From positions 1,975 to 65,974 of the forward strand of contig DASSTE010000055.1 in NCBI GenBank assembly GCA_035708085.1: a DNA stretch of 64,000 nt, in the 5' to 3' direction. Position 1 is the stretch's first letter. Each line of letters starts with the position of its first letter. Positions 26,154 through 35,121 of the stretch are shown one piece after another. The notes below the pieces were generated by a model. The model saw only the letters and a list, made by a program, of their open reading frames with translations, searched no databases and was not told the origin of the DNA. Source of the stretch: Gammaproteobacteria bacterium. Lineage in GTDB: Bacteria > Pseudomonadota > Gammaproteobacteria > Natronospirales > DASSBR01. The translations under genes and the position numbers were made by a program.

Positions 26154-27501
26154 CCACCGTGCCGGAACGCGGAAACGCGGGAGTCGATCCCGGCGGCCGC
26201 GTTCGTTCGAGACGCGTCTCGCGCTGTGGATCCTGGTCGCCGCCCTGCCCGCTCTGCTCGGCTTCGCAATTCTGTTATGGCGCGTCCGTGCCCCGCCACC
26301 GGCGTGGATCGCCTTCGCATTATCGCTCTGCTGGCCGCTGGCGGTTGCACTTCGCGGGCGCCACCGCTTCACTTACGCTTTGCGCACGCTCACCAACCTG
26401 ATGGAATCGCTCAAGGAAGGCAGCTATACGCTGCGCGGTACGCACGCGCACAAGCCGGGTGTGCTGGGCGAGGTGACCGACCACCTCAACGCGCTCGCGG
26501 CGAGCCTGCAAGGCGAGCGCGTCGCATCGCAGGAAGCCGGGGCGCTGCTGAGCAAGGTGGTGGATGAAGTCGATATTGCTGTCCTCACGTTCGATGACCT
26601 GGAACGGCTGACATTCATTAACCCGGCCGGCGAGCATCTGCTCGGCGAAGATCGCAAAACACTGATGTACCGCCCGGCGGCGGCGCTGCAACTAAGCTCG
26701 CTGCTGCGTGGGCCGCAGGCCGCGACGGTGCAGCGTAGTTTTCCCGGCGGTGCCGGGCCCTGGGATGTACGCCGGCGAATCTTCCGGCAGGAAGGCCATC
26801 GCCGTCACCTGCTGGTCATGACAGACGTCAGCCGCGCGCTGCGTGAGGAAGAACGGCATGCATGGCATCAACTGATTCGCGTGCTGGGCCACGAGATCAA
26901 CAATTCTCTGGCGCCGATTCGCAGCACCGCCTCGACATTGGCACGTCTGGCACAAAAGGAACCCCTGCCGGCAGACTGGCGTGCCGACATGGCCGAGGGT
27001 CTGGATCTGGTGGGCAAGCGGGCCGAATCGCTGCGCCGCTTCATGCGCGCCTACACGATGCTTGCACGGCTGCCACCGCCAAAGAAGCGGCGAGTGCGGC
27101 TCGCACCCCTGGTCGCGCGTGTGGCAGCGTTCGATCCGCGTCGGCGCGCGTCGGTGTCGTCGGGTCGACCGTTGACAATCGAGGCGGATGCCGACCAGAT
27201 CGAACAGGCGCTGATCAACCTCGTCAAGAACGCGATCGATGCGACCGAGGAAGGCGGCGGCGAGGTGACGATTCAGTGGCAGGCGAAAGACGGTGAGGCG
27301 GTGATCGAGGTGATCGACGACGGCCCCGGTCTCGCCGGCAGTCAGAACCTGTTCGTGCCGTTCTTCACAACCAAGCCCGGCGGTAGCGGGATCGGTCTGG
27401 CGCTGGGGCGGCAGATCGCGGAAGCGCATGGTGGCACGCTCACGCTCGAAAACCGCCGCGATGCATACGGCTGCGTCGCGCGGCTGTCGCTGCCGCTTTA
27501 G
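26137..27501 (+). CDS. sensor histidine kinase (two N-terminal TM segments, linker/PAS-like region, HisKA, HATPase_c)
   Basis: H-box LIRVLGHEINNSLAPIRS, N-box LINLVKNAIDA, G-boxes DDGPGL and GGSGIGLALGRQI. It overlaps the regulator gene by 17 nt. Its stop lies 1 nt from the stop of the convergent lipoprotein gene. Confidence 0.9.
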   Translation: MASAISHRAGTRKRGSRSRRPRSFETRLALWILVAALPALLGFAILLWRVRAPPPAWIAFALSLCWPLAVALRGRHRFTYALRTLTNLMESLKEGSYTLRGTHAHKPGVLGEVTDHLNALAASLQGERVASQEAGALLSKVVDEVDIAVLTFDDLERLTFINPAGEHLLGEDRKTLMYRPAAALQLSSLLRGPQAATVQRSFPGGAGPWDVRRRIFRQEGHRRHLLVMTDVSRALREEERHAWHQLIRVLGHEINNSLAPIRSTASTLARLAQKEPLPADWRADMAEGLDLVGKRAESLRRFMRAYTMLARLPPPKKRRVRLAPLVARVAAFDPRRRASVSSGRPLTIEADADQIEQALINLVKNAIDATEEGGGEVTIQWQAKDGEAVIEVIDDGPGLAGSQNLFVPFFTTKPGGSGIGLALGRQIAEAHGGTLTLENRRDAYGCVARLSLPL

Positions 27502-27502
27502 A

Positions 27503-27823
27503 TCAATACGCCGGGTAGGTTGGCGGCTGCGACAGAATCTGCACCCGGTCGCCGACCTGAAATGCCGGCTGCGTCGGCAGCGCGATCGTCTGCACCGACC
27601 CGTTGTCGAGGCGAATCGAGACCTGGTAGTCCGTCGGCGACAGCGACTGGACAGAGGTGATCACGCCGCAATTGGTGCAGGCGCCCGTGGCCGGAGCTGC
27701 AGCCAGGCGCGGTTGCGGCAAGGACGCGGGTTGAGTGGGTTCCGGCGCGCAGCCGGCCAACAGAATCATGACGCCAAAGGCGACTCCGCCGAGAAGTCGG
27801 ACGGAACTTTTTCCGATATCCAT
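27503..27823 (-). CDS. small lipoprotein, function unknown
   Basis: Signal peptide with lipobox (GVMILLAGC). Mature part has a CTNCG motif. GGAG lies 11 nt upstream of the ATG. Confidence 0.7.
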   Translation of the reverse strand: MDIGKSSVRLLGGVAFGVMILLAGCAPEPTQPASLPQPRLAAAPATGACTNCGVITSVQSLSPTDYQVSIRLDNGSVQTIALPTQPAFQVGDRVQILSQPPTYPAY

Positions 27824-27879
27824 TTTTTTATCTGCTCCATTTCCTTAGGAACTACGAAAAAGTATAGCACGCGGTTCGG

Positions 27880-28728
27880 TCAGCGCCTGCCTCCGGTTTC
27901 AACAGCGCGACCGGGATCACGAATCCACTCGCTGAACGAGCCGGCGTACAGCCTCGACCCGTGCAGGCCGGCGACTTCCATCGCCAGCAGATTATGGCAG
28001 GCGGTGACGCCCGAGCCGCAGGAATGGACGACTTCCGCCGGGCTCGTGTCGCCAATCGCGGCGCGGAACCGCCCGGCCAGTTCCGCCGGCGAACGGAACC
28101 GTCCTTCCGCATCGAGGTTGTCCTTGAACGGCAGATTGATTGCGCCGGGGATATGGCCGGCAACCGGATCGACGGGCTCTTCTTTGCCGGCATAACGATC
28201 GGCGTCGCGCGCATCGATCAGGCAGCCGACCTGCTCACGCATCATTTCTTCCACCTCGTCCGTGCGCAGCCACAGGTCGTGATCGAGTTGCGGCCTGAAC
28301 GTATTCGCGCCCGGATGCGGCGTGCGCTGGTCGAGCGGCCGGCGTTCCGCCCGCCAGCGGTTCAGACCGCCGTCGAGCACTGCGGCCCGGCTGTGCCCAA
28401 GCCAGCGTGTCAGCCACCACAGACGCGCGGCGAATGCGCCACCGCGATCGTCGTAGGCGACGATTTGCGACTGCGGCCCGACACCCCACCCCGCCAGCTT
28501 GCCGGCCAGCAGATCGGGATCGGGCAGCGGATGACGGCCTGTACGCGGCCCGGTCGGCCCCGACAGGTCGCGCTCCAGGTCGGCGAAGCGCGCGCCGGGG
28601 ATATGAGCCTCCCGCCACGCCCGCTCGCCGGCCTGCGGATCGGCGAGATCGAAGCGGCAGTCGAAGACGACCCATTGCGGATCGTCGAGATGGCCGGCCA
28701 ACTGCGCCGTTGTAACCAGCGTGTCCAT
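27880..28728 (-). CDS. sseA: thiosulfate / 3-mercaptopyruvate sulfurtransferase (tandem rhodanese domains)
   Basis: Two rhodanese domains with the active-site loop HSCGSGVTACH. The start is moved from the ORF-track 28941 to ATG 28728 (MDTLVTTAQLAGHLDDPQWVVFDCR), because the upstream extension overlaps the neighbouring gene. Confidence 0.85.
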   Translation of the reverse strand: MDTLVTTAQLAGHLDDPQWVVFDCRFDLADPQAGERAWREAHIPGARFADLERDLSGPTGPRTGRHPLPDPDLLAGKLAGWGVGPQSQIVAYDDRGGAFAARLWWLTRWLGHSRAAVLDGGLNRWRAERRPLDQRTPHPGANTFRPQLDHDLWLRTDEVEEMMREQVGCLIDARDADRYAGKEEPVDPVAGHIPGAINLPFKDNLDAEGRFRSPAELAGRFRAAIGDTSPAEVVHSCGSGVTACHNLLAMEVAGLHGSRLYAGSFSEWIRDPGRAVETGGRR

Positions 28729-28747
28729 TACCCGTTGCGGTCCGACT

Positions 28748-29188
28748 TCACCCTTCGCTGGTTTGTTTCCAGACCACCGCCGTCCACGCCCCGTTGCCAT
28801 GCGGCTTTGCGGCAATGAAATAGACTTTGCCGGGCACGACCGTAAGCTTGAGTGTGTCCTTGGTCTCACGCCACAGCGGCGTGCCGGGCATGGCGATGTT
28901 GGCACTCGGCACGTGACCGCGATTGGCAATGCCTTCGGCACGGAATTGCAACGTATAGGTGCCAGGCTTCAGGTAAATCAGCGGCTCGCCCTTCTTGAAC
29001 ACGCGTTGGCCGTTGATCTTCCACAGGTAGAGCTGGTGCATCCGCTGTGCCTGGAAGCCGCCGTTAAAGCGCAGCACCGCATGCGGCTGATCGCTGCTCG
29101 CAAAAGCGCTCGCATTGTCGTCCGCCAGCGCGGGTATTGCCGACACCGCGAACAGTAGCGCCAGCGCGATGGGTAACAGTCGTTTCAT
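28748..29188 (-). CDS. secreted hypothetical protein
   Basis: 146 aa with a cleavable signal peptide (MKRLLPIALALLFAVSAIPALA). GGAGGA SD. Ends 19 nt upstream of sseA. Confidence 0.7.
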   Translation of the reverse strand: MKRLLPIALALLFAVSAIPALADDNASAFASSDQPHAVLRFNGGFQAQRMHQLYLWKINGQRVFKKGEPLIYLKPGTYTLQFRAEGIANRGHVPSANIAMPGTPLWRETKDTLKLTVVPGKVYFIAAKPHGNGAWTAVVWKQTSEG

Positions 29189-29265
29189 GGCTGATCCTCC
29201 GTTAAGCCACTACACTATCAGTATACGCTGACCTCGAAAAATCAAGGTGACCCAGGAGAAGCACA

Positions 29266-30087
29266 ATGGCCGATCTGCGCGACAAGACGCTCTTCATCAG
29301 CGGCGGCAGCCGCGGCATCGGCGAAGCCATCGGGCTGCGCGCCGCGGCCGACGGCGCCAACGTCGTCATCGCCGCCAAGACGGCGCGGCCGCACCCGAAA
29401 CTGCCTGGGACCATCTACACCGCCGCCGAGACGATTGAAAAGGCCGGCGGCCGCGCGCTGCCGCTCCAGGTCGACATCCGGGATGCCGACGCAGTCCGCG
29501 CCGCCGCCGAACAGGCGGCCGAGCACTTCGGCGGCATCGACATCCTCGTCAACAATGCCAGCGCCATCAACCTCACCCGGCTGGAGGACACGCCGGTCAA
29601 GCGCCTCGACCTGATGCTCGAAGTCAACCTGCGCGGTACTTATATCTGTTCGCAGGCGTGCTTGCCGTACCTGAAGCAGGCGGCAAATCCACACATTCTG
29701 ACGCTCTCGCCGCCGATCAACCTCGCCCCGAAATGGTTCGGGAACCACGCGGCCTACACGATCTCCAAGTATGGCATGAGCCTGTGCGTACTGGGCTTGT
29801 CGGCGGAACTACGCGAGGCCGGCATCGGCGTCAATGCGCTGTGGCCACGCACGGTCATCGCCACCGCGGCCATCAACATGCTTGGCGACCGGGTCAAGGC
29901 GGCGAATTGTCGGAAGCCCGAGATCATGGCCGATGCGGCGCACGCGATCCTGGTCCGGTCGGCGCGGGAGACAACCGGGCGGTTCTTTATCGACGAGGAA
30001 GTACTACGCGAGACGGGTTTGAAGTCGATGGACCAGTACGCCGTCGAGCCGGGGGCGCCGCTGGTTCCGGATTTGTTTCTGGATTGA
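29266..30087 (+). CDS. SDR-family NAD(P)-dependent oxidoreductase
   Basis: TLFISGGSRGIG cofactor motif, NNAS, and a YxxxK catalytic motif (YTISKYG). AGGAGA SD. Confidence 0.85.
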   Translation: MADLRDKTLFISGGSRGIGEAIGLRAAADGANVVIAAKTARPHPKLPGTIYTAAETIEKAGGRALPLQVDIRDADAVRAAAEQAAEHFGGIDILVNNASAINLTRLEDTPVKRLDLMLEVNLRGTYICSQACLPYLKQAANPHILTLSPPINLAPKWFGNHAAYTISKYGMSLCVLGLSAELREAGIGVNALWPRTVIATAAINMLGDRVKAANCRKPEIMADAAHAILVRSARETTGRFFIDEEVLRETGLKSMDQYAVEPGAPLVPDLFLD

Positions 30088-30107
30088 AGATCGACCCGGA
30101 CAGGGTA

Positions 30108-30173
30108 TCGCGAGCGTCGATGGCGCGGTGCCTGAGAGAAGCCACCCCACCCGCCCTGACACGTCGTTGACGG
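30108..30173 (-). repeat. reduced (core-only) copy of the nested palindromic repeat family, reverse orientation
   Basis: TCGCGAGCGTCGATGGCGCGGTGCC...CCACCCCACCCGCCCTGACACGTCGTTGACGG aligns by eye with both ends of the full copy at 54072-54198. The internal hairpin is missing. Confidence 0.45.
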
Positions 30174-30260
30174 CTGCAGCTATCAGCAACATCAAGCTAC
30201 CGTCCATGGCAACCGGGTTCCTGCTTCCTGCAGGAATGACAAGAACCGCACATCAGCGTC

Positions 30261-30298
30261 TCGAGGCGGTGGGGTAGCCCATCGCCCCCACCACAACC
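30261..30298 (+). repeat. reduced (core-only) copy of the nested palindromic repeat family, forward orientation
   Basis: TCGAGGCGGTGGGGTAGCC|CATCGCCCCCACCACAACC matches the two ends of the 54270-54388 copy. About 80 internal bp are absent. Confidence 0.6.
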
Positions 30299-30318
30299 CA
30301 CGGACGCACGCAAAGAGC

Positions 30319-30375
30319 TTGAATTTTCCGGCTGCGCCACTACAATAGTTAGCATGCTAACTTTTCGCATGCTAA
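30319..30375 (+). promoter_or_regulatory. putative sigma-70 promoter plus MarR operator
   Basis: TTGAAT (30319-30324), a 16-nt spacer, then TACAAT (30341-30346). This is followed by the perfect palindrome TTAGCATGCTAA (30349-30360) and a second half-copy GCATGCTAA (30367-30375), just before the marR-like start at 30379. Confidence 0.5.
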
Positions 30376-30378
30376 CAG

Positions 30379-30813
30379 ATGGCTGAGACTGAGCGCGAGC
30401 ATTTCGGCGTGATTGTCGGGGAGCTGTCGCGGCTGTGGCGGCGCAAGCTGAATCAGCGCCTCAAACCGCTCGGTTTGAGCCAGGCGAAGTGGATGGTCAT
30501 TCTGCATCTCAGCCGTGTCCACGGCGGCATGGTTCAGCATGAACTCGCCGAGCGGCTGGCGATCGAGGCCCCGAGCCTCGCCCGCCTGCTCGACCGTATG
30601 GCGGACGGCGGCTGGATCGAGCGACGCGAGTCGCCGGAAGATCGGCGTTGCAAGACCGTCCACCTGACACGCAAAGCGCGCTCGACCGCGCGGCGCATCG
30701 ACGCGACCATCCGGGAGCTGCGGGAAGATCTGCTGGCCGACCTGACGCCGGACGACCTCGCGCATTGCCAGCGGGTGTTTCGGCTGATTGCCCAACGGGC
30801 GGAAACTATCTAA
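30379..30813 (+). CDS. MarR-family transcriptional regulator (EmrR-like position)
   Basis: 144 aa with a winged-helix region (LSQAKWMVILHLSRVHGGMVQHELAERLAIEAPSLARLLDRM...DRRCKTVHLT). Located upstream of EmrA/EmrB-like genes. Confidence 0.88.
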   Translation: MAETEREHFGVIVGELSRLWRRKLNQRLKPLGLSQAKWMVILHLSRVHGGMVQHELAERLAIEAPSLARLLDRMADGGWIERRESPEDRRCKTVHLTRKARSTARRIDATIRELREDLLADLTPDDLAHCQRVFRLIAQRAETI

Positions 30814-30821
30814 AGGTATGA

Positions 30822-30852
30822 GCAGGAGCGATCGCTCCTGCGCGTTTTTTTT
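30822..30852 (+). terminator. intrinsic terminator / attenuator between the MarR gene and the pump genes
   Basis: Perfect 20-nt palindrome GCAGGAGCGATCGCTCCTGC, then GCG and a T8 run. The AGGAG SD of the next gene follows immediately after the T run. Confidence 0.7.
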
Positions 30853-30864
30853 CAGGAGTCATAC

Positions 30865-31881
30865 GTGCGCATTATCAAATGGGCTGTCGCCATCGCCGTT
30901 GTCATTGCCATCGCCGTCGGCGGCTATTTCTACTGGGAGCATTCGCAGCGCTACCCCAGCACCGACGATGCCTACATCGGCGCTCATGTCATCCATCCCG
31001 CGCCTGAAGTCTCCGGCGAGGTCGAAATCGTCAATGTTCGCAATGCGGAGCATGTCAACCAGGGCGACCTGCTGTTCAAACTCGACCTGACGCCGTTCAA
31101 GCTGGCGGTCAAGCAGGCCGAGGCGCAACTCGAACAGGCGCGCGAAATGAACGCCGGGCTGAAGGCGGCGGTCGCCGCCGCACGCGCCGAAGTCGCCAAT
31201 CGCGAAGCACAGTTGGACAAAGCCAAGCTCGATGCCAAGCGTACTCACAAGCTGGTCAAGAAAGGCTACCGCACCAAGGCCCAGGGCACCGACGTGCAGG
31301 CGGAGTTGAAGAGTGCGAAGGCCGCACTCGCGCTTGCCAAGGCCAAGCTCAACCAGGCGGTGCAGCAGCTCGGCCAGAAGGGCGAAGGCAACTATCGCGT
31401 GGTGGAGGCTAAGGCAGAGCTGGGCCTGCGCAAGTGGCAGCTCGCGCACGCTGCGGTGTATGCGCCGTGCAGCGGCGAAGTGACCCAGGTGCAGCTGCGT
31501 CCCGGCGATACTGTCCAGCAGGGCCGCTCGCCGTTCGTGCTGGTGTGCGACAACAAGGTCTGGGTCGATGCCAATTACAAGGAAACCGACATTGCCGGCA
31601 TTCATCCCGGCGACAAGGCGACCATCAGCGTCGACATGTATCCGAACAAGACGTTCCACGGCCGCGTGATCGGGATCAACCCGGCCGCGGGTACCGCGTT
31701 CTCGCTGTTGCCGCCCGAAAACGCGACGGGCAACTGGGTCAAGGTGACGCAGCGCGTGCCGGTGCGCGTGCTGATTACGGATACCGATCCGGCACACCCG
31801 CTGCGCGTCGGCACCAGTGCCGAGGTGACGATCGACATCCAGTCGGGCCCCGGCAACCACAAGGTCGCCGACAACCGCTAA
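30865..31881 (+). CDS. HlyD-family secretion protein (EmrA-like MFS pump adaptor)
   Basis: GTG start with AGGAG SD. N-terminal TM segment, the STDDAYI motif typical of EmrA-type adaptors, and a coiled-coil region. Confidence 0.88.
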   Translation: MRIIKWAVAIAVVIAIAVGGYFYWEHSQRYPSTDDAYIGAHVIHPAPEVSGEVEIVNVRNAEHVNQGDLLFKLDLTPFKLAVKQAEAQLEQAREMNAGLKAAVAAARAEVANREAQLDKAKLDAKRTHKLVKKGYRTKAQGTDVQAELKSAKAALALAKAKLNQAVQQLGQKGEGNYRVVEAKAELGLRKWQLAHAAVYAPCSGEVTQVQLRPGDTVQQGRSPFVLVCDNKVWVDANYKETDIAGIHPGDKATISVDMYPNKTFHGRVIGINPAAGTAFSLLPPENATGNWVKVTQRVPVRVLITDTDPAHPLRVGTSAEVTIDIQSGPGNHKVADNR

Positions 31882-31901
31882 CGCGCTGGTAGCTCCAAAC
31901 A

Positions 31902-33434
31902 ATGCCAGCGCAAAAGCTCGGCTCGCGCTTCCTGATTACCGTCGCGGTGATGTCCGCGACGGTAATGCAGGTACTCGACACCACGATCGTCAACGTCGCC
32001 CTGCCCCACATGCAGGGCGAACTGGGGGCGAACCCGGACCAGATCACCTGGGTGCTGACCAGTTACCTGGTCGCGTCCGGCATCTTCATGCCGCTGACCG
32101 GCTACTTCACCGACCGGCTCGGCCAGAAGCGCTACCTGACGATCAGCATCACCGGCTTCGTCATCGCCTCGATGCTGTGCGGCATCTCGCAGACGCTGCC
32201 GGAAATCGTGCTCGCGCGCCTGTTGCAGGGCATGTTCGGCGCCGGCCTGTCGCCCATCTCGCAGTCGATCCTGATCAACACGTATCCGCGCGAAAGCCGC
32301 GGCCGCGCGATGGCGATCTGGGGCCTCGGCATTATGGTGGGGCCGATTCTCGGGCCGACGCTCGGCGGCTGGCTCACCGAAGTGTTCAACTGGCGCTGGA
32401 CTTTTTATATCAATGTGCCGGTCAGCATCCTGTCGCTCGCGCTGACATGGCTCGCGGTGCCGGAAACCGAGCGCAAGAAACGCACCACCGACTGGACCGG
32501 CCTCGTCCTGATCGCCATGGGCATCGGGTGCCTGCAATACGTGCTCGACCGCGGCAACCAGAAAAACTGGTTCGATTCCGGCGTGATCACCATTCTGGTG
32601 ATCCTGTCGGTGGTCGGCTTTGTCGGCTTTATCTACCACAGCCTTCGTAACAAGCGACAGGCGCTGTTCGACCTGCGCATTTTCAAGGACCGCAATTTCG
32701 CCACTGCCTCGCTGCTGATCACGGCGCTGGGGCTGGCTATGTACGGCACCCTCGTTCTGCAGCCGCTGCTGCTCGAAGGTCTGCTTGGCTACCCGGTGCT
32801 GACGACCGGTATCGTGATGGCGCCGCGCGGCATTGCCAGCGCCATCAGCATGTTCATGGTCGGCAAGCTTATTACCCGTTTCGAGCCGCGCATCATGGTG
32901 GGCGTCGGTATCCTGCTATCCACGCTCGGCACCTGGTTCATGACGCAGTACAACCTGCAGATCAATCTCTTCTGGGTGATCTTTCCGATCGTGATCCAGG
33001 GCTTCGGCATGGGGCTGATCTTCGTACCGCTCGCGACCGTCGCCTACTCGACGCTGCCCAATGAAAGTTCCGCCGAGGCCGCCGGCATGTTCAGCCTGGT
33101 GCGTACGATCGGCTCGTCGGTCGGCATCGCGATCGTCGTGACGCTCCTGTCACGCCATACGCAGATCGCCTGGAACCAGTTGGGCGGCCATATCACCGCC
33201 AGCAACCCGGCAGTGTGGCATTACCTTAGTCGGCTCGGTCTGTCGCCCGACTCGCAGGCGGCGGCCGGGATCTTCGCGAAACTGGTCGGGAGTCAGGCAC
33301 GTATCACCGGTTTCCTGGACGCCTTCCTGGTCGTCTTTGTAAGCTTTATTTGCATGATTCCGCTGGTCGCGATCATGCGCCGTGTGAACCGGACGTCGGG
33401 CGGCGGCCATGCCGCCGCGAGCGCGATGGAATAG
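31902..33434 (+). CDS. DHA2-family MFS drug:H+ antiporter (EmrB/QacA-like, 14-TM type)
   Basis: 510 aa. LDTTIVNVALPHMQGELG and GYFTDRLGQKR motifs. Many hydrophobic segments. Confidence 0.9.
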   Translation: MPAQKLGSRFLITVAVMSATVMQVLDTTIVNVALPHMQGELGANPDQITWVLTSYLVASGIFMPLTGYFTDRLGQKRYLTISITGFVIASMLCGISQTLPEIVLARLLQGMFGAGLSPISQSILINTYPRESRGRAMAIWGLGIMVGPILGPTLGGWLTEVFNWRWTFYINVPVSILSLALTWLAVPETERKKRTTDWTGLVLIAMGIGCLQYVLDRGNQKNWFDSGVITILVILSVVGFVGFIYHSLRNKRQALFDLRIFKDRNFATASLLITALGLAMYGTLVLQPLLLEGLLGYPVLTTGIVMAPRGIASAISMFMVGKLITRFEPRIMVGVGILLSTLGTWFMTQYNLQINLFWVIFPIVIQGFGMGLIFVPLATVAYSTLPNESSAEAAGMFSLVRTIGSSVGIAIVVTLLSRHTQIAWNQLGGHITASNPAVWHYLSRLGLSPDSQAAAGIFAKLVGSQARITGFLDAFLVVFVSFICMIPLVAIMRRVNRTSGGGHAAASAME

Positions 33435-33442
33435 GAGCTTTT

Positions 33443-33901
33443 ATGTATTACAGAATCCTGTTGGCCTACGACGGTTCGCTCGGCGGACGCCGGGCACTAC
33501 GCGAAGGTGCCAACATCGCCATCAAGTTTCACGCGGTCACGCATCTGCTGGCGGTGATGAAGCCCGCGTTCGGCGCGCAAATCGGTCATGGCTTCGACAT
33601 CGGACACATCGCGGATACGGAACTAAATCACTTTCAGACGACTCTAGATGAAGGCGTGGCAATGTTGAAAGACTGGGGTCTCGATGCGACCGGCCATCTG
33701 GTTCGCGGCGACCCGGTCACCGAGATTGCGAGGCTCGCCACCGAAGTCGAGGCGGACCTGGTTGTCGTCGGCCACGGGGGGCACGCTGCACTCTCCCGCT
33801 GGTGGCGTACGCCGCTCAGCGCATCGCTGCTCGACCGGCTGGATTGCAGCCTGCTGATCGCGATGCACGGCGAGGCGGCGGACGAAGTCGTCGATACATA
33901 A
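33443..33901 (+). CDS. universal stress protein (UspA family)
   Basis: MYYRILLAYDGS... and ...DLVVVGHGGH... motifs. ATG 33443 is preceded by AGGAG. The ORF-track start at 33350 overlaps the MFS gene. Confidence 0.85.
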   Translation: MYYRILLAYDGSLGGRRALREGANIAIKFHAVTHLLAVMKPAFGAQIGHGFDIGHIADTELNHFQTTLDEGVAMLKDWGLDATGHLVRGDPVTEIARLATEVEADLVVVGHGGHAALSRWWRTPLSASLLDRLDCSLLIAMHGEAADEVVDT

Positions 33902-33917
33902 ATCGCCTTTCCGGAAG

Positions 33918-35087
33918 GTGGAAGTGAAACCAAGATACCTCCTCAGTGCCGCCGGCATCGTGGCCGCCGGCGCTATAGCCTGGCGCATCTATGCCGTGGC
34001 GGCACCGACCGCACCGGCCGCCCGTGGCGCGCATCACGCATTTGAAATGACCGTCGACACGATTGAAGTCGGTTCTCAGCCGGTACCGCTGGTGTTCCAG
34101 GCCAACGGCCGCGCGCAGACGCGTCACAGCGTCACCGTGCGCGCGCGTGTCGGCGGCATACTCAAGAAAGTCCTGTTCCAGGAAGGCGACCGCGTCAAGG
34201 CCGGGCAACTGTTGTTCGTCATCGATCCGGAGCCGTACAAGATCAAGGTCGAACAGGCCGACGGCAAAGTTCAACAGGACCAGGCTAAGCTCGCCGCGGA
34301 CAAGGCCAACGCCGAACGCATGAGCAAGCTGATCGGCAACAGCTATGTCAGTCAGCAGGATTACGAAAACGCCAAGGCGCAGGTCAAACAGGACGTGGCG
34401 ACGCTCGCCACCGATCAGGCGCAGCTCGAAGAAGCGAAGATGCAGCTCGGCTACACGCAGATTCGCGCGCCGATCAACGGCAAGACCGGCGAAATCACCT
34501 ACAAGGCCGGCAACCTGATCGACGCAAATGGCTCGACGGCCCTCGTCACGATTAACCAGATCGCGCCGATTTCGGTGCAGTTCGACCTGCCGCAGGCGCA
34601 ACTGCCGGCGCTGCTGCACTATCGCAAGGGCGGCGATATGGCGGTCGCAGTGGCGGATGCCTCCGGCAACACCATCGCGACCGATGGCAAGCTGGTCTTT
34701 ATTAATAACGTCGTCGACCAGAATACCGGCACGTTGAGCGTTAAAGCGTTGTTCCCCAACAGCAGCCGCGCAATCTGGCCGGGCGAACTGGTGACGGTCA
34801 GCCTGACGCTGACGGTGCAGAAGGACAAGCTGGTCGTACCAATGGTCGCGGTGCAACCCGGCCAGCAGGGGAGTTACGTCTACACGGTAGATAATGGCAA
34901 GGTCACCGTGCACAACGTCGACGTGCTGCGCCAGTACCAGGGCCTGGCGGTAATCGGCGGCGGCTTGAAGCCAGGTGAACTCGTCGTCGTACGGGTGCCG
35001 CGCGAATTGCACGAGGGCCTGCCTGTCAAGACGCACACCATCACGCTGGCACAAGCCGTGCCGGAACTGGAGCGGACGGAGTCGTGA
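33918..35087 (+). CDS. RND efflux periplasmic adaptor (MdtA/AcrA family)
   Basis: 389 aa. Lipoyl/hairpin motifs (VKAGQLLFVIDPEPY, LGYTQIRAPINGKTG). Directly upstream of the RND pump gene. Confidence 0.9.
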   Translation: MEVKPRYLLSAAGIVAAGAIAWRIYAVAAPTAPAARGAHHAFEMTVDTIEVGSQPVPLVFQANGRAQTRHSVTVRARVGGILKKVLFQEGDRVKAGQLLFVIDPEPYKIKVEQADGKVQQDQAKLAADKANAERMSKLIGNSYVSQQDYENAKAQVKQDVATLATDQAQLEEAKMQLGYTQIRAPINGKTGEITYKAGNLIDANGSTALVTINQIAPISVQFDLPQAQLPALLHYRKGGDMAVAVADASGNTIATDGKLVFINNVVDQNTGTLSVKALFPNSSRAIWPGELVTVSLTLTVQKDKLVVPMVAVQPGQQGSYVYTVDNGKVTVHNVDVLRQYQGLAVIGGGLKPGELVVVRVPRELHEGLPVKTHTITLAQAVPELERTES

Positions 35088-35121
35088 TCGCCACTCGCAG
35101 CGATATCATCGGGGGCCGCCG

